Numbered from the stretch's first letter, positions 8,685 through 18,309 are shown. The stretch is DNA of 64,000 bases from Gammaproteobacteria bacterium (GCA_036500225.1 DASYCJ010000055.1:8143-72142), one strand, 5' to 3'. Notes: generated from the letters alone by a model not told the origin. A program made the numbers and translations.

Positions 8685-10712
8685 ATGGAACACACGACCC
8701 TGCGTTCCATCCTGATCCTCATGGGGGTCGCGGTGTTCGTGGTGGCGGCCCTGCGCCGCCTGCACTTGCCTGCGGTCCTGGCCTACCTGGTGACGGGCTT
8801 TCTGGTGGGGCCCCACGGCATCGGCCTCATCCCCGACAGCGCCGATACCCGGGAACTGGCCGAGTTCGGCGTGGTGTTCCTGCTCTTCACCTTGGGGCTC
8901 GAGTTCTCGGTGCCGCGCTTCTGGGTGATGCGCAAGTCCGTGTTCGTGTTGGGCGGCGCCCAGGTACTGTTCACGACCCTGGGCACGGTAGCCGCGGCCC
9001 GGATCATGGGTAGCAGCACGCCGGTGGCCATCGTGCTGGGCGGCGCCTTCGCTATGTCTTCCACCGCCATCGTCGCCAAGCAACTCACGGAACAGAACGA
9101 GATCGGCCTGCAACACGGCCGCTCTGCGGTCGCGGTGCTGCTGTTCCAGGATCTCGCGGTCATCCCCTTCCTGATCCTGATCCCCGCTCTCGCGAAGGGC
9201 GTGGGCAGCGCCATCGCCGGCGACATGCTGTGGGCCTTCGGCAAGGGCGCACTCGCGGTGGTGGTGATCCTCGCCGCCGGTCGCTGGTTGCTGCGTCCCT
9301 TGTTCCATCAGGTGGCGAGCGCCCGCTCCGCGGAACTCTTCACGCTTACGGCACTACTAGTCACCATGGCCTCGGCCTTCGGTACTGCTTATCTCGGCCT
9401 ATCTCTCGCGCTCGGCGGTTTCCTCGCGGGCATGATGCTGGCCGAGACCGAGTATCGGCATCAGGTGGAGGCGGACATCCGCCCCTTCCGCGACGTGCTC
9501 TTGGGCTTGTTCTTCATCACCGTCGGCATGCTGCTCAATCCCGCCATCGTGGCCCGGCATTGGGCGCTGGTGCTGGCAGCAGTGGTGGGCATCTCTTTGT
9601 TCAAGCTCGGACTGATTGCAGTCCTAAGTCACCGCCTCGGCTCCGACAACAATGCCTCGCTGCGCACTGGCCTGGTACTGGCCCAAGGCGGCGAGTTCGG
9701 ATTCGCCTTGCTCTCGCTTGGCTTGGCGCAAGGCATCATGCGTCCCCAGCTCGCGGAGCTCGGCCTCGCGGTGATCGTCATCAGCATGCTCATGGGCCCG
9801 TTCCTGATCCGTTACAACCGCAAGCTGGCGGACCGGATCTTCCCCGAGAGCGAACTCGAGGACCACGACCGCCTGCAGCACGACATCGGCCGGCATCAGG
9901 TACACCTTGAGAACCACGTGATCATCATCGGCTACGGCCGTGTGGGCCAGAACGTGGCGCGCTTGATCGAACCGGAAGGTTTCGAGTTCGTGGCCTTGGA
10001 CTTGGATCCCCTGCGGGTGCGCCATGCCCGCGAAGCAGGCGACCCGGTGTACTACGGCGACGGCACCAACAGAGACGTACTGCGCGCTGCCGGTATCGAA
10101 AGGGCCCGGGTACTGGTGATCAGCTACTTCAAGGTCTCTACGGCGCTGAAGATATTGGGACACGTGAAGAAGATGCGACCGGATATCCCGGTGCTGGTAC
10201 GCACCCGCGACGACGCGGAATTGGAACGCCTGCAGGCAGCCGGCGCCACGGAGATCATTCCCGAGACCCTGGAGTCCAGCCTGATGCTGGCGTCGCATCT
10301 CCTACATGTACTGCATGTGCCCATGTCCCACATCCTGCGCAAGATCCAGGAAGTGCGTACCCACCGTTATAGCCTGCTGCGTAGCGTGTTCCGCGGCCAG
10401 GACGCGGTGCCCATCGATCCTTCCCATGCTTTCCGCGAACAACTGCACACCGTGACCTTGGATAAGGGCGCCAGCAGCGTGCGCCGTACCTTGGCGGACA
10501 TCGACCTTAAGTCCCTAGGTGTGGTGGTGACGGCCCTACGCCGCGAAGGCGTGGTGGGCCGCCAGCCCCCGGGCGTCACCGTGCTCAAGGAAGGGGACGT
10601 GGTGGTGCTATGGGGCACGCCCGAGAAACTGCAGGACGCCGAAGAGCGTCTGCTGCGCGGTGACAACCGCGTGAAGAATCCGAGACCTGCGACTGGAGTA
10701 TCTGATGCTTGA
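8685..10712 (+). CDS. CPA2-family monovalent cation:proton antiporter (Kef/YbaL type) with TrkA-N and TrkA-C domains
   Basis: About 12 hydrophobic helices are followed by a Rossmann segment ([18 protein letters not shown]) and a C-terminal TrkA-C-like segment. Confidence 0.85.
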   Translation: MEHTTLRSILILMGVAVFVVAALRRLHLPAVLAYLVTGFLVGPHGIGLIPDSADTRELAEFGVVFLLFTLGLEFSVPRFWVMRKSVFVLGGAQVLFTTLGTVAAARIMGSSTPVAIVLGGAFAMSSTAIVAKQLTEQNEIGLQHGRSAVAVLLFQDLAVIPFLILIPALAKGVGSAIAGDMLWAFGKGALAVVVILAAGRWLLRPLFHQVASARSAELFTLTALLVTMASAFGTAYLGLSLALGGFLAGMMLAETEYRHQVEADIRPFRDVLLGLFFITVGMLLNPAIVARHWALVLAAVVGISLFKLGLIAVLSHRLGSDNNASLRTGLVLAQGGEFGFALLSLGLAQGIMRPQLAELGLAVIVISMLMGPFLIRYNRKLADRIFPESELEDHDRLQHDIGRHQVHLENHVIIIGYGRVGQNVARLIEPEGFEFVALDLDPLRVRHAREAGDPVYYGDGTNRDVLRAAGIERARVLVISYFKVSTALKILGHVKKMRPDIPVLVRTRDDAELERLQAAGATEIIPETLESSLMLASHLLHVLHVPMSHILRKIQEVRTHRYSLLRSVFRGQDAVPIDPSHAFREQLHTVTLDKGASSVRRTLADIDLKSLGVVVTALRREGVVGRQPPGVTVLKEGDVVVLWGTPEKLQDAEERLLRGDNRVKNPRPATGVSDA

Positions 10713-11886
10713 GTTAGGCACGCCCCTCACTGCCAATGCCCTGCGCGTGATGCTCTTGGGCTCAGGAGAGCTCGGCAAGGAAGTGGTGATCGAACTGCAA
10801 CGCTTCGGCGTAGAGACCATCGCCGTGGATCGCTATGCCAGGGCGCCGGCCATGCAGGTGGCGCATCGCAGCCATGTCATCGACATGCTGGATGGCAAGG
10901 AGATACGCCGCCTGGTGGAGATGGAGAGACCCCACTACATCGTGCCGGAGATCGAGGCCATCGCCACGCCGACACTCCTGGAACTGGAACAGGAAGGCTG
11001 GACCGTGATTCCCACGGCACGCACCGCGCGCCTCACCATGGACCGGGAAGGCATCCGCCGTCTGGCCGCCGAGACCCTCAAGGTCCCCACTTCCCCTTAC
11101 AAGTTCGCTGACACGCTGGAGGATTTCCGCGCCGCCGTGCGAAGCATCGGCATGCCCTGCGTAGTAAAACCGGTGATGAGTTCTTCCGGCAAGGGCCAAA
11201 GCGTGGTGAAAGACGAACCCGACATCCAACACGCCTGGGAATACGGCCAGGCGGGCGGCCGCACCGGCAAGGGCCGCATGATCGTGGAAGGCTTCGTGGA
11301 CTTCGACTACGAAATCACCCTGCTCACGGTGCGGCATAGCGCAGGGACTAGCTTCTGCGCGCCCATCGGCCACCGCCAAGAGGACGGTGATTACCGGGAA
11401 TCCTGGCAGCCCCAGCCCATGAGCGAGAAGGCGCTCGTCGAGTCCCAGCACATGGCCAAACTGATATCCGACGACCTGGGTGGGCGCGGCATCTTCGGCA
11501 TGGAGTTCTTCATCAAGGGCGACCAAGTGTGGTTCAGCGAGGTCTCACCGCGCCCCCATGACACCGGCCTGGTGACGCTCATCTCCCAGGACCTCTCGGA
11601 GTTCGCCCTGCATGCCCGGGCTATCCTGGGACTGCCCACCCCGGTGATCCGCCAGTTGGGTCCCTCTGCCTCAGCGGTGATCTTACCCCACGGGGACTCC
11701 GACGCACCTCTGTATAGGGGTGTGGACGCAGCCCTCACGGAACCGGATACCATGTTGCGGCTCTTCGGCAAGCCGGAGATCCGCGGCCACCGCCGCATGG
11801 GGGTGGCCCTGGCGCGGGACGTATCCATAGAAGCCGCCACGGCCAAGGCGCTACGCGCCGCCGCGGCCATCCACGTGAAGATGTAG
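10705..11886 (+). CDS. purT: formate-dependent phosphoribosylglycinamide formyltransferase (GAR transformylase 2)
   Basis: [51 protein letters not shown] is near-identical to the E. coli PurT N-terminus. The length is 393 aa. Confidence 0.95.
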   Translation: MLELGTPLTANALRVMLLGSGELGKEVVIELQRFGVETIAVDRYARAPAMQVAHRSHVIDMLDGKEIRRLVEMERPHYIVPEIEAIATPTLLELEQEGWTVIPTARTARLTMDREGIRRLAAETLKVPTSPYKFADTLEDFRAAVRSIGMPCVVKPVMSSSGKGQSVVKDEPDIQHAWEYGQAGGRTGKGRMIVEGFVDFDYEITLLTVRHSAGTSFCAPIGHRQEDGDYRESWQPQPMSEKALVESQHMAKLISDDLGGRGIFGMEFFIKGDQVWFSEVSPRPHDTGLVTLISQDLSEFALHARAILGLPTPVIRQLGPSASAVILPHGDSDAPLYRGVDAALTEPDTMLRLFGKPEIRGHRRMGVALARDVSIEAATAKALRAAAAIHVKM

Positions 11887-11895
11887 GAGCCAGAC

Positions 11896-12381
11896 ATGCC
11901 TTCTTTCGACGCCGTCTCCAAGGTCGACACCGCCGAACTCACCAACGCAGTGGACCAGGCCAGCCGCGAGATAGGCCAGCGCTATGACTTCAAGGGTTCC
12001 TCCGCCGCCATCGAACGCAGCGACGACCTGCTGACGCTGTTCGCCGACAGTGAGTTCCAGCTCAAGCAGGTGATGGACATCCTGTACGGCAAGGCTGCCA
12101 AGCGCGGCATCGACGTCTCCAGTTTCGACCCGCAGAAGATCGAAGCCATCAGCGGCGACAAGGCCAAGCAGGCCATCAAGGTGAAACAGGGTATCGAGAA
12201 GGAACTGGCGAAGAAGATGGTGAAGTTGGTCAAGGACAGCGGCCTCAAGATCCAGGCCGCCATCCAGGGGGACGAGCTGCGGGTCTCCGGCAAGAAGCGC
12301 GACGACCTGCAAGCCTGCATGGCGCTGTTCCGTGGTGCGAAATTCGAACAGCCCATCCAATTCACGAATTTCCGGGATTGA
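11896..12381 (+). CDS. yajQ: YajQ family nucleotide/cyclic-di-GMP-binding protein (UPF0234)
   Basis: MPSFDAVSKVD...RYDFKGS...IQGDELRVSGKKRDDLQ...FTNFRD is collinear with E. coli YajQ (about 160 aa). Confidence 0.95.
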   Translation: MPSFDAVSKVDTAELTNAVDQASREIGQRYDFKGSSAAIERSDDLLTLFADSEFQLKQVMDILYGKAAKRGIDVSSFDPQKIEAISGDKAKQAIKVKQGIEKELAKKMVKLVKDSGLKIQAAIQGDELRVSGKKRDDLQACMALFRGAKFEQPIQFTNFRD

Positions 12382-12389
12382 TCCTCAGT

Positions 12390-13289
12390 CTATTCAGCTG
12401 GACTCACATCCAACGTCATGTCGTGAAAATCTAAAGTCAGCAGGGTTCCCGCGAAGAACTCATTGCCCACCGTGCCCTGGAAGCGCTCCTGATAGGGCTG
12501 ATGCACCTTGATGGTGGGGAAATACACCGTGGCCGGATGCGACAGCACCGTGCCAGCGAAACCGGTGGAATCCACTTGTACTCCCAGCATATCCACGCCG
12601 CCGTCGGTGATGGGGAAGTTGCGCACGATGGCGTGCTCAGTAGCCTTCTCGAAACCGAAGCTCTTCTCAGCGCCGCTGAAGATGAGCAGCGAACCGGTAT
12701 AGCTGGTATCGATCTGGGCCTCCAAGGACTTACCGTCTACGGTGAAGGGTCCACCCACCACGATGGGCGGACCCCAATCATGGAAGTCCACCAGCTTTAG
12801 CACACCCTTCCCCGGCTTCGGGTGTTCATCGGGTCTCAGGAGCTGTGACACCCGGATCAGGTGACGCTTGTAATCGATCTGCAGCACCCGGTCCTTGAAG
12901 AAGGTGTAATCCAGGGTGCCGGTATATTTGGCCAGCACGCCCATCTGGTCCGGAGACATCGCCAGGAAATCGGCACTGCCCTGAGCTCCGGCGAACTCAG
13001 CGGGCTTGGGCCCATCCGTGAGGAACAGGCCGGCCACGACCTGGTTCTGGGATTTATAGGGAGTGAGCTTCCAGCCCAAGGCGCGCGCCACGTTCTCCGA
13101 TATGGAGGAGTGGTTGTAGCTGGTGTCCAGCAGGAAGGTGTGGGGCTTGTGATCGGAGAGCGTCACCTGGATACAGATGGCGCCATCGCAGGGCCTGAAG
13201 GGTACCGCGGTGCCGTATTCCACGGTACCGCCCTGGGCGGCACCTGAAGCGAGTAGGGCCAGCGCCGCCGATGCTATCCGTCCGTACAT
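12390..13289 (-). CDS. secreted protein with two tandem retropepsin-like (clan AA aspartic-protease-like) lobes carrying D-T-S motifs
   Basis: I moved the start to the ATG at 13289 (MYGRIASAALALLASGAAQG signal peptide, GGGAG about 6 nt upstream). Each half has the retropepsin-like layout: ...TFLLDTSYNHSSIS...GTLDYTFFKDRVLQIDY and ...EAQIDTSYTGSLLIF...GTVGNEFFAGTLLTLDF. Confidence 0.55.
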   Translation of the reverse strand: MYGRIASAALALLASGAAQGGTVEYGTAVPFRPCDGAICIQVTLSDHKPHTFLLDTSYNHSSISENVARALGWKLTPYKSQNQVVAGLFLTDGPKPAEFAGAQGSADFLAMSPDQMGVLAKYTGTLDYTFFKDRVLQIDYKRHLIRVSQLLRPDEHPKPGKGVLKLVDFHDWGPPIVVGGPFTVDGKSLEAQIDTSYTGSLLIFSGAEKSFGFEKATEHAIVRNFPITDGGVDMLGVQVDSTGFAGTVLSHPATVYFPTIKVHQPYQERFQGTVGNEFFAGTLLTLDFHDMTLDVSPAE

Positions 13290-13381
13290 GGAACACTCCC
13301 GCCTGCGCCGAGCTGGCAGCATTGGGAGTGTCTGAATGGAAGGAAGTTCCCTGGCCTTAAGGTCAGACCGGAAACCGGCTG

Positions 13382-14197
13382 TCAGTGCTTGTCGTCCTTG
13401 AAGATATCACGACGCACTTCATTGTCGCCCAGCGGCCCGAAGCGCAGGTCAGCGAGCCCGGCGGTGACTTTCAGGTCCACGTCGTCCTTGCCCTTACCCT
13501 GCTGGGTGACACTGTTGCCGAGCATGTGCAGGTGACTCAGGAAACCATCGTTCTTCTCCGGCGGCGGGCCGTAGTACTGCCCATCCAGACTGAGGACCGC
13601 CAGGCCGAAGGTACTCTTGATCGTGACGTCCCGCGGCTCGTCAGCATCGGAGATCACATGCAACCGGCCGGCACTGAGACGGCCATAGATGGCACCGCTG
13701 GGGACGTGGATCACCACTTCGCCCGCCGCGAGCTGTGCTTTCACGCCGCCCTTCACGCCATCGATGGCCATGCGTCCTTCCCCCATGGAGGCATCCACGC
13801 CGAAGCGCTCCGGCACTTGCACGGTCCACTCCTGTTTCACATCGCTGTTATGATCGTCGCCGGACGGGAAGATCACCGACAAGGTCAGGGTATCGCCCTT
13901 GTGGACCTGGCCTATCTTGGCGCCTTCGGTATCACGCAGGGTTGCTTCGGTGGATAAGGCGATGCCGAGCACATGCCGCTCCTCCTGTTGCATCACCAAC
14001 GTCACGTGTACTGCATCGTCCGGCGATACGCTGATGCTGGTCTCGCCGGCGGTACCTTTGAGCGAGAGGAACTGGAGCCCAGCGGCCGGGATGTCAGTCT
14101 TGAGAGTCACGGGTTCGCTACCAGAATCCCGCACGCTGCAACCCGTGAGGGCCAGGGCCGCTGCGAGCGTGCCGAATACGATGAGATGACGTGTCAT
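13382..14197 (-). CDS. lipoprotein with C-terminal short beta-strand repeats (DUF4097/LiaG-like), paralog of 14194..15024
   Basis: Lipobox LALTGC. It shares collinear motifs with the upstream gene product (DIPAAGL/DIEAAGL, DDAVHVTL/DDEVHVQL, VKQEWTVQVP/VKQEWDVQVP). Confidence 0.65.
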   Translation of the reverse strand: MTRHLIVFGTLAAALALTGCSVRDSGSEPVTLKTDIPAAGLQFLSLKGTAGETSISVSPDDAVHVTLVMQQEERHVLGIALSTEATLRDTEGAKIGQVHKGDTLTLSVIFPSGDDHNSDVKQEWTVQVPERFGVDASMGEGRMAIDGVKGGVKAQLAAGEVVIHVPSGAIYGRLSAGRLHVISDADEPRDVTIKSTFGLAVLSLDGQYYGPPPEKNDGFLSHLHMLGNSVTQQGKGKDDVDLKVTAGLADLRFGPLGDNEVRRDIFKDDKH

Positions 14198-15024
14198 TTC
14201 CCTGCTCCCTTGTGGGCGGCGTCCGCTGACGTGAGGTGCAGGGTCACCTGGCCGATGTTGAGTCTGAGATCCATACTGTCCGGGCCGTCACCGTCCATGG
14301 AGACCTTGTTGCCCAGGCCGCCGTGCTCGTGCACACCCGATTCAGCGCCCTGGAACAATAGGGTCGCATCGCCGATGTTGCTGGCGAGCTGGATGCGGCC
14401 ATGGTGGCTGCTGGCAGACTTGGCGCGGATCTCACCCACGTTCACGTCTGCATCGATGCTGCCCTGGGGCACGTCGATCTCGAGTTCACCCACGTCGAGC
14501 TTGGCACCGACACCGCCGGCCACGTCGGCGATGTCCATCTCGCCCACGTTCATGACCGAATCGAGCTTGAGGCGCACCGGCACCTGCACGTCCCATTCCT
14601 GCTTGACCTCGTCCTGGTCATGGCCGTCGAGGTCCAGAGACAGAGTCAGGCGCTTGTCCTTGCGATCCTGATGGATCGAGGCAGCGGAGATGTCGTGGGA
14701 CAAGCCGCCGGACCAATGCAGGAAACCCAGGAAGGAGCGCTCCTTGGGACGCAGCGTCAGCTGCACATGCACTTCATCATCATGGGATGCCGTCACGCGC
14801 AGCTCGCCGACACGGACCTGCAGCCCCAAGGTATCGAGACCGGCAGCCTCGATATCCGCATTCAGGGTGCGAGGACCGACATGCCGGCTGTCCTCACCGA
14901 CGACACCCTGCTCGGTGTCGTCACGCATCTCGGAACTGCGGTCGGGATGCTTGGCCGCGTACCAAGCGAAACTGCCGACCAACAGGACGATGATGGCGAC
15001 CAGGACTGCAGTGGTCTTGTTCAT
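14194..15024 (-). CDS. membrane-anchored protein with beta-strand repeats (DUF4097/LiaG-like), paralog of 13382..14197
   Basis: N-terminal transmembrane anchor (TAVLVAIIVLLVGSFAWYAA). Repeats of the V-G-E-x-x-I type follow (VGEMDIADV, VGELEIDV, VGEIRAKS). ATGA overlap with the downstream paralog. Confidence 0.65.
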   Translation of the reverse strand: MNKTTAVLVAIIVLLVGSFAWYAAKHPDRSSEMRDDTEQGVVGEDSRHVGPRTLNADIEAAGLDTLGLQVRVGELRVTASHDDEVHVQLTLRPKERSFLGFLHWSGGLSHDISAASIHQDRKDKRLTLSLDLDGHDQDEVKQEWDVQVPVRLKLDSVMNVGEMDIADVAGGVGAKLDVGELEIDVPQGSIDADVNVGEIRAKSASSHHGRIQLASNIGDATLLFQGAESGVHEHGGLGNKVSMDGDGPDSMDLRLNIGQVTLHLTSADAAHKGAGK

Positions 15025-15046
15025 CTTGAAAGGCCTCCAAGGCCCC

Positions 15047-15376
15047 CTAGCGGATCACGTTGATGTGGCAGTGCACGCTAGTGGTATCCGGGTTGGCGAG
15101 GGCGATCTGCACCGCCTTCTCCAGGGTCTCAGGGGCATGTACTGTGCCTGACAGGTATACACGGCCGTCAGCGGTCGCCACGCTCAAGTCCGCCTCATGG
15201 GTGGCGGGATCGGCATCGAGGCCGGTGCGGATGGCCTTGGCCAGGGTCGTGTCGTGATGGCTGGACGAATCCCAGGTGGAATCGCCGTCCCCCACGCCGT
15301 TGCCGAGGGCCAGCACACAGCCACCGAGGTTGGCCATGGCGGCACACAGGGTCAGGGTCACCAATACACGTCGCAT
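15047..15376 (-). CDS. BON domain lipoprotein, 109 aa
   Basis: I moved the start to the ATG at 15376 (MRRVLVTLTLCAAMANLGGC lipobox, GGAG 8 nt upstream). The BON-like core is ...LSVATADGRVYLSGTVHAPETLEKAVQIA. Confidence 0.7.
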   Translation of the reverse strand: MRRVLVTLTLCAAMANLGGCVLALGNGVGDGDSTWDSSSHHDTTLAKAIRTGLDADPATHEADLSVATADGRVYLSGTVHAPETLEKAVQIALANPDTTSVHCHINVIR

Positions 15377-15413
15377 GTCTTCGCTCCAGATGAAGGTTGA
15401 TAGAGCCCGGGGG

Positions 15414-16373
15414 TTAGATCTCGGTGCGCTTGCGGCGCAGCCAGATGGCACCGTAGATGAAGGCTGTCGCCACCACCAGGCCTATCCACAGGCTCGGGCT
15501 GGCGATGATCTGGCCGATGTTGCTGAGGCCCATCACCGGACCGGACAGGTCCATGTGCTTCCAGCTCTGCATCTCGATGGGGTCGAGGTTGAAAGCCAGT
15601 TGCAGCCAGTGCAGCTTGTAGGCGAGCAGCATGCGGGCGAAGCTGCCGGTGTGGAACACCCACAGCTCGGCGAACATGACGCCCGCCGGCACCAAGAGGG
15701 CCCACAGGAACGGCACCTTCTTGGCCCAGCTGGAGGCCAGCATGTACCAGGCGTAGAAGGGCAGGTACCAGATGGCCTGCACGATGAGGCCATAGGCCAG
15801 CAGCGACCAGGCACCGATGAAGGAGCCGGGATGCGCCAGCAGCACCCAGGGATGAGTCCCCACGGCCGCGCCCATGATCATGAGCAACAGCAGCAGTATC
15901 AACTCGAACGCCACGGTCACCGCGAAACTCACGGCAGTGACGCTGATAAGCGCCGTGCCAAGCTTGGCCAGCACGGTGCGTGCATCCGATACCGGCATGG
16001 ATCTCCAGAACAGCACGCTGCGGTCACGGCGCTCCGCATACAGGCTATCCAGGAGATAGAAGAACACCACGATCTGCATAAGCAGGTTGAAAAGCCAGCC
16101 CAAGCTGAAGGTCACCGCGCGGATGAACATCCTGATGCCGTCGTCGTCCGCATCGCGGAAGTCCGGCAGGTTGTCCAGCTGGAAATGGGTGCCGTTGGAG
16201 AATTCCACATTGTTGATGGTCTGGTTGTGGCCGATCAGTACCGCCACCAGCATGTACAGGGACAGCACCGTGAGCACGCCGGCCACCACCGTGGGCACCA
16301 TCCACAGCGAGCGGTTCTCCCAGAACTCGCGACGGATGAGTGTCTTGTTCACGCGCATGTCGGCGGCGTTCAT
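15414..16373 (-). CDS. ABC-2-type transporter permease, 319 aa
   Basis: About six hydrophobic helices, with a large loop after the first. Its start overlaps the ATPase stop (ATGA, 16370-16373). Confidence 0.7.
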   Translation of the reverse strand: MNAADMRVNKTLIRREFWENRSLWMVPTVVAGVLTVLSLYMLVAVLIGHNQTINNVEFSNGTHFQLDNLPDFRDADDDGIRMFIRAVTFSLGWLFNLLMQIVVFFYLLDSLYAERRDRSVLFWRSMPVSDARTVLAKLGTALISVTAVSFAVTVAFELILLLLLMIMGAAVGTHPWVLLAHPGSFIGAWSLLAYGLIVQAIWYLPFYAWYMLASSWAKKVPFLWALLVPAGVMFAELWVFHTGSFARMLLAYKLHWLQLAFNLDPIEMQSWKHMDLSGPVMGLSNIGQIIASPSLWIGLVVATAFIYGAIWLRRKRTEI

Positions 16374-17227
16374 TGCATGCCTCCTTTGACCTTGGCGACG
16401 AAGATGTCGGCCACGCTTGGAGTGTGGATCTCGCCGAGCTTGCTGAGCTCGTCGCGGGACACGCCCTCGTATAGATAGAGTTTCTTACCGAACACCTCAC
16501 GCTCATACAGGGGCTTCAGCCCTTGGGCCGCGGCAGCCTTGTCCGGGGCGACCAGCACTTCCGTATATTCCTCGGCCACCTGGTCCATGGAGCGGTCCAG
16601 GGTGACCCGGCCGCCGTCGATGAACATCAGGTGGGTGAGGATCTTCTCGATCTCCTCCACCTGGTGGGTGGTGACGATGATGGTGCGCTGCGCGTCGAAG
16701 TAGTCGTTGAGCAGGCTGGTGTAGAACTCCTTCCTATATAGGATGTCCAGACCGAGGGTCGGCTCATCCAGCACCAGGAGCTTGGCGTCGATGGCCATAA
16801 TCAGCGCCAGATGCAGCTGCGTGACCATGCCCTTGGACAGCTCGCCGACCCTGCTCTTTTGCTTGATCTTGGTCTTCTCCAGGAAATGCATGGCGCGCTC
16901 GCGGCTGAAGCCGGGGTGCACCGCTTCCACGTATTCCACGGCGTTGTGCACACGCAGCCAGCGCGGCAGCACCGCCACGTCGGCGATGAAGCACACGTCA
17001 CGCATCAGGTTATGGCGAGCCTGCCGCGGGTCATGGCCGAGCACGTCCAACTCGCCCTCGAAATCCGTGAGTCCGAGGATGGCCTTGAGCGCGGTGGTCT
17101 TGCCGGCGCCGTTGGGGCCAATTAGACCGACGATGCGGCCCTCCTCGATCTCGAAGTCCACCTTGTCCAGCGCGCGGGTGGCGCCGTACTGCTTGCTCAA
17201 GCCGCGGGCCTTGACCAGGGTCGTCAT
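16370..17227 (-). CDS. ABC transporter ATP-binding protein
   Basis: Walker A GPNGAGKTT, Walker B LLVLDEPTLGLD, and an atypical signature LSKGM in place of LSGGQ. A C-terminal extension of about 70 aa is present. Confidence 0.9.
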   Translation of the reverse strand: MTTLVKARGLSKQYGATRALDKVDFEIEEGRIVGLIGPNGAGKTTALKAILGLTDFEGELDVLGHDPRQARHNLMRDVCFIADVAVLPRWLRVHNAVEYVEAVHPGFSRERAMHFLEKTKIKQKSRVGELSKGMVTQLHLALIMAIDAKLLVLDEPTLGLDILYRKEFYTSLLNDYFDAQRTIIVTTHQVEEIEKILTHLMFIDGGRVTLDRSMDQVAEEYTEVLVAPDKAAAAQGLKPLYEREVFGKKLYLYEGVSRDELSKLGEIHTPSVADIFVAKVKGGMQ

Positions 17228-17598
17228 GACTTGCTTCCTTTTTCGCCTTCACGGGCCAGTTCCATCAGGTCCAGACCCAACCTCTGTACGCGCTGCAGGA
17301 TCAGCGGCCATTCGCTCTTCAGGAACTGCTCGCGCTCGTTCTTCATCAGGCTGCGACGCGCGCCTTCCTTGACGAACATGCCCAGGCCGCGGCGCTTCTC
17401 CACCAGGCCCTCGTCCACCAGTGACTGGTAGCCCTTGAGCACGGTGAGGGGGTTGATCTGGTATTCGGCGGCTACCGAGCGTACCGAGGGAAGCGGATCA
17501 CCCTCCTTGAGGGTGTCTTCCAGGATCATGGCGACCACCCGATCCCGCAACTGGCGGTAGATCGGTTGGTTGTCGCTCCAGGTGGGTTCCATGTCCAT
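17224..17598 (-). CDS. GntR-family transcriptional regulator, YtrA-like subfamily (short, no classical effector domain)
   Basis: Winged HTH PLPSVRSVAAEYQINPLTVLKGYQSLVDEGLVEKRRGLGMFV, followed by only about 50 further residues. ATGA overlap with the ABC ATPase gene. Confidence 0.85.
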   Translation of the reverse strand: MDMEPTWSDNQPIYRQLRDRVVAMILEDTLKEGDPLPSVRSVAAEYQINPLTVLKGYQSLVDEGLVEKRRGLGMFVKEGARRSLMKNEREQFLKSEWPLILQRVQRLGLDLMELAREGEKGSKS

Positions 17599-17613
17599 TG
17601 GCCTCTCGCTGCT

Positions 17614-17645
17614 GTAGCCGGATAGTCGACTAGTGCTGCGGCTAC
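17614..17645 (-). promoter_or_regulatory. hairpin/palindrome between the 150-aa ORF and the GntR gene
   Basis: GTAGCCG ... CGGCTAC (7-bp stem) enclosing the perfect 10-bp palindrome TAGTCGACTA (17623-17632). Confidence 0.3.
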
Positions 17646-17646
17646 C

Positions 17647-18099
17647 TTAGCCGCCCGTCCGCCCAAAGACCAGCGCACCGACCATCGTCAGCAGGCTGCG
17701 GGAACCGGTGGAATCCGCCATCGCTAAGAGCGAACCGATTACCGGCAACTTGCCGTTGTGCGCTTTGACCTGCACCGTGCCGAGATAGACCGCACCGGAC
17801 TGCTGGGCGGCGCTCACTGCATAGCGGACGTCACTGGAGTCGGACGGGGTCACCCGGATGGTGCCCAGGTAGGCAGTGCCGTAGCCGGGCTTGGCCGCAT
17901 GGGTACCCGCCACATCGGCAGGGGTGACCTCGATGGTGCCCAAGTGGATGACCTTGCCGCTGGCATGGCTCACGCCACTACCCTGTGACCGGGCGGCCTT
18001 CACGGCCGGCTGGGCGCTGGCGGCTTCGGCAGCTAGGTTCATGCCCATCAGGCTCAAACCCAAAACGACCGCAGTGCTGATCTTGGTGATGCTGTTCAT
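17647..18099 (-). CDS. secreted protein with three (Y/H)LGT(I/V)-x-V repeats, 150 aa
   Basis: Signal peptide MNSITKISTAVVLGLSLMGMNLAAEAASA. Repeats: VIHLGTIEVTPADVAG, TAYLGTIRVTPSDSSD, AVYLGTVQVKAHNG. The C-terminus is hydrophobic (LLTMVGALVFGRTGG). Confidence 0.55.
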   Translation of the reverse strand: MNSITKISTAVVLGLSLMGMNLAAEAASAQPAVKAARSQGSGVSHASGKVIHLGTIEVTPADVAGTHAAKPGYGTAYLGTIRVTPSDSSDVRYAVSAAQQSGAVYLGTVQVKAHNGKLPVIGSLLAMADSTGSRSLLTMVGALVFGRTGG

Positions 18100-18148
18100 G
18101 GTCTTCTCCTTCTGTTCCTGCGAGCTCCGGGGGAGCCCGTTCCGTAGT

Positions 18149-18172
18149 GGTGTTGTAGCTAACTATAACACC
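18149..18172. promoter_or_regulatory. inverted repeat GGTGTTGTAG-CTAA-CTATAACACC, candidate operator
   Basis: 9 of 10 positions are complementary. It lies 50-73 nt upstream of the start of the 150-aa ORF that heads the GntR/ABC operon. Confidence 0.45.
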
Positions 18173-18309
18173 AAACAAGAGGAAAGCAAGGGGTATGGAG
18201 CATTTTTCTCCATGTGCATATAACTCTTTATTAATCAATAAGTTGTAAATATAACAAGTTGGCAAAACTGACAAGAGCCCAAGCTGGATGAGGGCTCTGC
18301 GCAGCCCCG

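Noticed and set aside
12379-12392. Convergent yajQ and retropepsin-like genes, only 8 nt apart, considered as a hidden bidirectional terminator site.
   Set aside because: I found no stem-loop or U-tract in or around the gap. Termination is probably Rho-dependent or occurs inside the opposing genes, and nothing further can be supported from sequence.
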